From: Felis catus
Lineage: Eukaryota
NCBI RefSeq assembly: GCF_018350175.1
Contig: NC_058383.1
Coordinates: 1,736,001 to 1,800,000, forward strand
Direction: 5' to 3'
Length of the DNA: 64,000 bases
Shown here: piece by piece, positions 63,301 to 64,000 of the stretch
How the letters are laid out: every line of letters starts with the position of its first letter
Numbering within the stretch: position 1 is the stretch's first letter
Made by a program: the position numbers and the translations under genes
Notes under the pieces: model-generated
Database searches by the model: none
Seen by the model: only the letters and a program-made list of their open reading frames with translations
What the model was told of the DNA's origin: nothing

Positions 63301-64000
63301 TCCGCCGGTTAGCTTCTCATTCATGTCTTTCACAGCCTCCGACGAAGCACAGATGTTCCATTGGACGACAGAGGAGGATGAGCGGCTTTCAAATGACTCC
63401 TTTTTAGCTTAAAACTTTATTTAAAATAAAGCGTTATTTAAGTGAAATTTACAACACAGTGTTTCTTTGCCTTTGTCTTACTTGCTATAGGGCAGTAACT
63501 TTCAAAAGCTGGTTCCGCGTAATTTGATTTTTCATTTTCAAATGAACATCTGTGTTTAGGTCTAAAAAGCTCTTTGTTTAAACATACAGAGCCCTAGGAA
63601 GGGTCTGAACAAAGCCCTCCTCTGTAAACACTTGATTACCAGGAAGGCCTGCTTTTCAGAGAGATCCAGGGGTTGGCAGGTCCGGGGGAGGCTCGTGGGC
63701 TCTCGTTCCTTCCAGTGGGTAGGAAACTTTCCTCTTTTCAGAGCAGGAACAACAAAGGCGCTCCAGCTGGTGACCGCCTGGGCTCAGCACTCCGCCCACG
63801 GTGTGGACAGAGCAGGAGGAGGGGGATGCCGGACCGGACGCTCCGGTCTCCAGGGAGAAGTGGTCTCGGCAAAGGTGGCCCAATCAGACCCCACTCCCCC
63901 TTCACAGGCCTGTGTCCACAGGCCACAGGCATCCCCGGGAGGGGGCTTCGGCAGGGCCTCCCCGGACTCCCTGCACCCACAGCCCCCGCGGGCAGGCCTG

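Larger units (their letters stand above)
34710..64000 (-). other. MAD1L1: MAD1L1 intron upstream of the exon (continues beyond window end)
   Basis: The preceding expected exon (TPEDLSRFVVELQQREL...) was not found by eye in 34710-64000. Confidence 0.8.

Noticed and set aside
1..64000. Hundreds of 60-298 aa ORFs in all six frames
   Set aside because: They overlap on both strands, are Pro/Gly/Arg/Ala-rich, and contain no domain I recognise. Stop codons are scarce in GC-rich DNA, so such ORFs are expected.

Overview
GC- and CpG-rich mammalian genomic DNA from a felid (tRNA-derived carnivore SINEs of the cat SINEC_Fc type). The window lies inside MAD1L1 (mitotic checkpoint protein MAD1), transcribed on the minus strand. 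The only supportable coding sequence is one 145-bp exon at 34565-34709, matching human exon 12 from recall ([48 protein letters not shown]). The rest is intronic: nine CanSINEs (several with target-site duplications), decayed L1 remnants that look GC-shifted, MIR/L2 relics, mini- and microsatellites, long G/C homopolymers, and AT-richer motif-dense islands that may be enhancers. The ORF-track entries are otherwise GC or low-complexity artefacts. I see no convincing novel multi-gene system. The best leads are two candidate unannotated microexons (one frame-preserving, one poison), a candidate recursive splice site, a head-to-head SINE pair reusing one target site, an E-box minisatellite, and apparent AT-to-GC drift of old repeats. 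Repeat subfamily calls come from recalled consensus sequences, not searches.
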